A stretch of 40,205 nt of DNA from NCBI RefSeq assembly GCF_001194135.2, contig NC_068990.1, positions 12,945,411-12,985,615 on the forward strand, written 5' to 3'. A program made the translations under genes and the position numbers. The notes under the pieces were generated by a model. The model saw nothing but the letters and a program-made list of their open reading frames with translations. It was not told where the DNA came from and did no database searches. This document shows, piece after piece, positions 35,085-40,205 of the stretch. Source of the DNA: Octopus bimaculoides (taxonomy: Eukaryota). Each line of letters begins with the position of its first letter. The first letter of the stretch is position 1.

Positions 35085-35350
35085 TGGACTGGCTCTTGTG
35101 CAGGTGGCATGTAAAAAACACCATTTGAGCTTGGCCATTGCCAGTACCGCGTGACTGGCCCTTGTGCCTGTGGCACGTAAAAGCACCCACTACACTCTCG
35201 GAGTGGTTGGCGTTGGGAAGGGCATCCAGCTGTAGAAACTCTGCCAGATCAAATTGGAGCCTGGTGCAGCCATCTGGTTTGCCAGTCCTCAGTCAAATCA
35301 TCCAACCCAAGCTAGCATGGAAAGCAGATGTTAAACGATGATGATGATGA
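35085..35350 (+). mobile_element. Repeat family C with (GAT)n tail
   Basis: ggtggcatgtaaaa...gagtggttggcgttgggaagggcatccagctgtagaaac...gcatggaaagcagatgttaaacgatgatgatgatg. Confidence 0.88.
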
Positions 35351-35594
35351 TTATCTGCGAAAAATGAAATATTTTGCCTTTTATGCATTAATAATCAAAG
35401 TAACCTTCATAATTTTATTGAATTAGGTCTATATTTTGCCATGAAAGGAAAATGTTGCTATCAATCTATTTTATTCATTATAAGCACTGCTTCCCATGCC
35501 TACCTAGATGGCACGTCCCTGATACATAAATATATATACATAATTATAAGTCAGTAAATAGTGGGGTTGTGTTAACCGCACGTGGAGAAATAAC

Positions 35595-36263
35595 AGGAAA
35601 ATGAAAAATAATAATAAGGCAGAATGCTAAACTGGAAGCATATTTTAATAAAGATTTCTAACCGGCTTTCATTGCATGGCAAATTATCAAGAAGAGGGAG
35701 AATGAAAATGATTTTTACAAAGAAGTACAAAATGAAAAAATAATATATAAAAAAATAAATATACCAATACATTATAATGTCTTTGAGCTTTTAAAGTTCA
35801 ATGGTAATTCATGTAGATAATGGTTGGTAAAATAAGGATGCATGAAAATTGAGAGTTGTATTAGGTTTTAAAAAATAAAAAAGGGGCTAAAAGTTTGTGT
35901 TAAGCAGGAAGTGTGGTGTCAAAACAGGAAGTGTGTGTAAGGGGAGTGAACTCTTTTTAGTTGGAGTTATGAACTCTTTTTCAACAGGAAGTTTATGTTG
36001 AAAAAGAGTTCATAACTCCAACTAAAAAGAGTTCTCTCCCCTTACACACACTTCCTGTTTTGACACCACACTTCCTGCTTAACACAACATTTTAGACCCT
36101 TTTCTCTTTTTTTAAACCTAACACAACTCTCAATTTTCATGCATCCTTATTTTTCCAACCATTATCTACATGAATTACCATTGAACTTTAAAAGCTCAAA
36201 GACAATATAATGTATTGGTTAATTTATTTTTTTATATATTATTTCTTTTTATATATAATTTTT
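35595..36263. mobile_element. Large fold-back element (family H4): inverted PLE pseudo-LTR pair or palindromic MITE
   Basis: Left arm 35595-35986, 9-nt spacer ggaagttta 35987-35995, right arm from 35996 into the gap; about 250 bp pair with scattered mismatches. A homologue lies at 18232-18630. Confidence 0.85.
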
Positions 36264-36484
36264 NNNNNNNNNNNNNNNNNNNNNNNNNNNNNNNNNNNNN
36301 NNNNNNNNNNNNNNNNNNNNNNNNNNNNNNNNNNNNNNNNNNNNNNNNNNNNNNNNNNNNNNNNNNNNNNNNNNNNNNNNNNNNNNNNNNNNNNNNNNNN
36401 NNNNNNNNNNNNNNNNNNNNNNNNNNNNNNNNNNNNNNNNNNNNNNNNNNNNNNNNNNNNNNNNNNNNNNNNTATATATATATA

Positions 36485-36558
36485 CTTTATTTAAAAGCAG
36501 CAGAAATATAACAAAAGACTGTTACTTGGAGTTTCACGTTCCCGTTCATCGGACAGAT
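36485..36558 (-). mobile_element. Penelope-like pseudo-LTR fragment (family H3) within (TA)n
   Basis: Contains a complete minimal hammerhead fold and is flanked by TA repeats on both sides. Confidence 0.6.
36519..36556 (-). ncRNA. Minimal type I hammerhead-like motif H3 (38 nt)
   Basis: CUGU-CCGAUGA-ACG(GGAA)CGU-GAA-AC(UCCAA)GU-A-ACAG: all three stems pair; the only core deviation is U4C. Confidence 0.65.
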
Positions 36559-36571
36559 ATATATATATATA

Positions 36572-36700
36572 CAACTGGCTTCTTTCAGTTTCCATCTACC
36601 AAATCCACTCACAAGGCTTTGGTCAACCCAAGGTGCCATGTAGTGGAACTGACCCTGGAACCATGAGATTAAGAAGCAAACTTTTTATCACACAGTCACT
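36572..36700 (-). mobile_element. SINE family B, 5' part with internal deletion
   Basis: ggcttctttcagtttccatctaccaaatccactcacaaggctttggtc...ccctggaaccatg. Confidence 0.8.
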
Positions 36701-36879
36701 TCTGAACCTTGTTTAGCTCCTGGTCACCCCAGTAGTCTAAGTTTGATCAACCTGCTTTTTTTTTGTGCGTGTGTATGAGTGTTTGTAGCAGAGAATATAT
36801 TGACCAATATATCTTTCTTTACATGATACCGTAGAGCAGAGAAGAAAACCTAGTCTTCTGGAGAAAATCTGGATATTGC

Positions 36880-36881
<2 letters not shown>

Positions 36882-36946
<65 letters not shown>

Positions 36947-36958
36947 AGAGAGGGAGAG
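36882..36958. repeat. (GA)n microsatellite
   Basis: Directly visible. Confidence 0.95.
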
Positions 36959-37497
36959 TGTTGGCTATATAGTATTAAATTTGAATATTCTTCAATTTTT
37001 TAAAATCATTAAAAGATCAATTTTCATTTTAATTTCTTACTTTTAATATTTATAATTACATTTTCAAAATAAATGTAATTAAATATTTAATAAAATTTTC
37101 TTTAATGTGGCTTTATTAAATTACACTTAGATCAGATACACTTCAAGTATAAAACAGATTGAGTGCAATGTGAGGAAAATTTTGTTGCTATTTCTAGCAG
37201 ATTTTTTCAACTACATAGAGGCTGCCTCTCTTTGATAGCTCTCATATAATTTTATTTTCTAGTATTGTCAGACTTAACTAAAAACATAATATGATTCAAG
37301 TTAAATATTAATTTATTACTGAAGTAAAATGGAGCAGCATTCCTAGCTGGATTTGAACTTAAAACGAGTACAGGACTAAATATTATAAACATAAATTATA
37401 GCTACATCTAATTGTATCATTTAAGACATCTCAAGCACCACAAACAAATATCTTTTTATTTTAATTTCTTTGCATGGAAATGTGGTCATCATTTGGA

Positions 37498-37712
37498 ATC
37501 AAGCTGGCAGAATCATTAGCATGCTAGGCAAAATGCTTAATGGCATTTTAACCGTCTTTACATTATAAGTTCAAATTCCAGTAAGGTCAACTTTGCCTTT
37601 CATCTTTCCAGGGGTCGATAAAATAAGTACAAGTTGAGCACTGGGTTTGATGTAATCGACTTGCCCCCCCCCCACTTCCAAATTGCTGGTCTCCTGCCAA
37701 AATTTGAAACTA
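37498..37712 (+). mobile_element. SINE family A
   Basis: aagctggcagaatcattagc...gttcaaattcc...gggtcgataaaataagtac...gccaaaatttgaaac. Confidence 0.85.
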
Positions 37713-37770
37713 ATATTAACCCTTAAATTACTATATTTACATTGAGAGGTTCTGTGTTTCTTTCAAATTA

Positions 37771-37993
37771 TTGGATTGTCCGGAAAGTTCGTGCCAATTT
37801 ATAGTAGCTTACCTTTCGACTTATTTTCCATGAAACCACCTGAATTCTGGGAAGTGGGTATTTTCAAGTTAAAAGAAAGATGGAGACGCATTGTGCAACA
37901 AAATGGTTCATATTTGGTTGATTAAAAATGTAATGGCAAGTATTGACCTTTTTCTTTCCTTTTAAATCAGCACGAACTTTCCGGATAACCCAG
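37771..37993 (+). mobile_element. mariner-derived MITE, 223 bp
   Basis: Imperfect TIRs of about 30 bp (ttggattgtccggaaagttcgtgc / gcacgaactttccggataacccag) with TA on both sides (37769-70, 37994-95). Confidence 0.92.
37830..37925 (+). pseudogene. mariner transposase C-terminal remnant
   Basis: MKPPEFWEVGIFKLKERWRRIVQQNGSYLVD* matches the F...GI..L..RW..V...NG.Y ending of mariner transposases. Confidence 0.88.
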
Positions 37994-38157
37994 TATTTTA
38001 AATATAACAAAGAATCTAGTAAAATAACTTAGTTATCATTAAGCCAGTGTTAAGAACATAAATTGTGACTCAGGTTTGGTGAAAGGTTTTAATTCAGAAC
38101 TTTTGAAAACAAGACGTTCAGCTGGGTTGGTATCAAAAGGGTTAAACTTCCCCAAAT

Positions 38158-38372
38158 GCAGTGAGCTGGCAGAATTGTCAAGATGTCAGGCAAAATGCTT
38201 AGCACCATTTCATTCATTTTTACGTTCTGAGTTCAAATTCCACCAAAGTTGACTTTGCCTTTCATCCTTTCAGGGTCAACAAAATAAGTACCAGTTGAAC
38301 ACTGGGATTGATGCTATCAACTTATCTCCTACCGTCAAACTGCTGGCCTTGTGCCAAAATTTGAAATCATTA
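38158..38372 (+). mobile_element. SINE family A
   Basis: gtgagctggcagaattg...gttctgagttcaaattcc...gctggccttgtgccaaaatttgaa. Confidence 0.88.
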
Positions 38373-38400
38373 TTTGGGATAGTTAGAGTAAGAAATATCA

Positions 38401-38580
38401 CTTTCAAATTTAGGCACAAGGCCAGCAATTTTAAGGGGTGGGGGTAAGTCGATTACATGAACCCCAGTGTTCAATTGGTACTTATTTTATCCACCCCAAG
38501 AGGATGAAAGGCAAAGTTGATCTCAATGGAATATGAACTTAGAACATAAAGACAGACAAAATGCCACTAAGCATTTTGTC
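38401..38580 (-). mobile_element. SINE family A, 5'-truncated, with 20-bp TSD
   Basis: agttagagtaagaaatatca (38381-38400) / agttagagtaggaaatatca (38581-38600), 1 mismatch. Confidence 0.9.
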
Positions 38581-38756
38581 AGTTAGAGTAGGAAATATCA
38601 AAAACAGCCTTGTCAAACTTGCACATATATATGGCTAGGAATACTGACAATATGCAAAAAGGGATATGAATAAGCTCAGGCTTTCCATGAGTGCCTGGGA
38701 AAAATCTTCCCTAAAACCCTAGCTTTAACTGTATACCACACTTTACTTGCAGTATT

Positions 38757-39167
38757 ACAGGTGTGGATGTGTGGTAAGAAATTTGCTTTCTAGACACATG
38801 GTTCCCAGTTCAGTCTCACTGTGTAACATCTTGGGAAGGTCTCTTCTCATAAAGCCTCAGTCTGACCAAAGCCTTGTGAGTGGATTTGGTAGACAGAAAT
38901 TGGAAGAACCCTGAAGAACTGCATATGTGTGTAACTGTCTTGTAGCCTTGACATCCCATGATAGTTGTAAATGAGTGTCACTTCCACCGTCATGCAAGCA
39001 ATATCCTTCATCTTCAATGTTTGGCAATGGAAAAATATTACCTTACTTGGAAACAGATGAGGGTTGGTTGACAGGAAATGCCTCTGGCCATAAAAAATAC
39101 ACCCTCACAAATTCCATCTGAATTATTTCAGCATGTAAAAGTGGATCTTAAGACAATGATGATGATG
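38757..39167 (+). mobile_element. Composite SINE: family B head with a family C-like tail
   Basis: B head to about 38910, then gagggttggttgacaggaaatgc...cagcatgtaaaagtggatcttaagacaatgatgatgatg, resembling the C tail. Confidence 0.6.
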
Positions 39168-39981
39168 GTTGCAATTTCCTATTTTGTTCATCTGATTCAA
39201 AAAATATCTCAGAAAAAAATGTAAAAACTTGGAAAGTTACTGCTTGTTGTGCACTCCATGGAGGCTAACAAAAAGTTTTCAAAGAATTTTTTTTTTTTTA
39301 TATAATCATAAAGAACTGTTCCTTCATAGAATAGATGATAAAAAATTAAGACTGGTGAAGTTCATATTGTGTAACTTTTCCAAGCATGTTGTTTATATGA
39401 AATATACAAAACTAAATATAAGTGCAGTTATGTTGTATAGTTGAGAAACTTGCTTTTACAATTCTTGATATTTTAATTTTTATTGTTTCAATTTCTTATT
39501 CTTATTTTTCAGTTTTTTGATTTTAAATTTAATATTTTATTTAAAATTTTTTTTTGATTTTTAAAAATTTCAATCTGAACCATATGCAGTCTACATATAT
39601 ATTATTATTATTCCCCCCCAAATCTCATAATCATGTCTAACAAAGTTGTTCCCTTTACACTATTTACTAAATGGTTCAATATCTTTGGGTAGCACCAGTG
39701 GTGTTCTTGTCTGTAATAGCCTCACACAACAGCTGAGGAATGGTAACACAGGCATTCATTATCAATTAGAGATTGGACTAAACCATATCCACTGCTGCCA
39801 GGTAACTCTGAGCATTGGATGTGAGTGTTCCATGCTTGTATCTTGTATCATCATCCCCATCATCATCATCATCATCGTTATTTAACATTTGTTTCCATCT
39901 TTTATAAGCAGACTGCAACATCAAATCATCAGACATTGCATAACAAATATAAATAATCTATTATAAGTATTTAACAGTACG

Positions 39982-40205
39982 GTATAAACGACCATTAGTG
40001 TGTTAAAATGAATCAAAGAATTTACTTAAATACCAATGGAGTTCTAAATACTAGTTGCAGTATAAACGACCATTAGTGTGTTAAAATGAGTCAAAAAATT
40101 TACTTAAATACCAATGGAGTTCTAAATACTAGTTGCAGTATAAACGACCATTAGTGTGTTAAAATGAGTCAAAAAATTTACTTAAATACCAATGGAGTTC
40201 TAAAT
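39982..40205. repeat. 78-bp tandem repeat, at least 2.9 units, truncated by the window end
   Basis: Units start at 39982, 40060 and 40138; units 2 and 3 are identical over the visible length and unit 1 differs at 2 positions. Confidence 0.95.

Larger units (their letters stand above)
37716..38145 (+). mobile_element. piggyBac-like MITE P1 interrupted by a mariner MITE
   Basis: TTAA-CCCTT at 37716 and AAGGG-TTAA ending at 38145; the interior matches 5614-5833. Confidence 0.75.

Noticed and set aside
39646-39885. 79-aa ORF with nearby GT donors
   Set aside because: No recognisable homology, and it ends in an (ATC)n tract.

Overview
AT-rich eukaryotic scaffold with nine N-gaps (about 2481-3131, 6026-6189, 9509-9828, 14306-14810, 17918-18231, 22051-22202, 29816-29869, 33120-33284, 36264-36472), most bordered by (TA)n. 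The interspersed repeats resemble, from memory and not from a search, those that dominate Octopus genomes. I find no recognisable intact host gene, rRNA, true tRNA or CRISPR array. Most ORFs in the track are microsatellite, gap or repeat artefacts. The window is a mosaic of: four recurrent SINE-like families (my labels A-D); piggyBac-like TTAA MITEs; a mariner MITE nested in one of them; a hAT transposase relic split by a SINE with a 15-bp TSD; microsatellites; and a 78-bp tandem array at the right edge. The most interesting signal is a set of Penelope-like element (PLE) terminal-repeat relics. They occur as inverted (fold-back) insertions and carry up to four different minimal hammerhead-ribozyme-like motifs (my labels H1-H4), each with a different core variant. 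One H1 copy sits directly behind a tRNA-like A/B-box head. One weakly supported minus-strand exon candidate lies at 7056-7255. Repeat boundaries were placed by eye and are approximate unless TSDs or TIRs are quoted.
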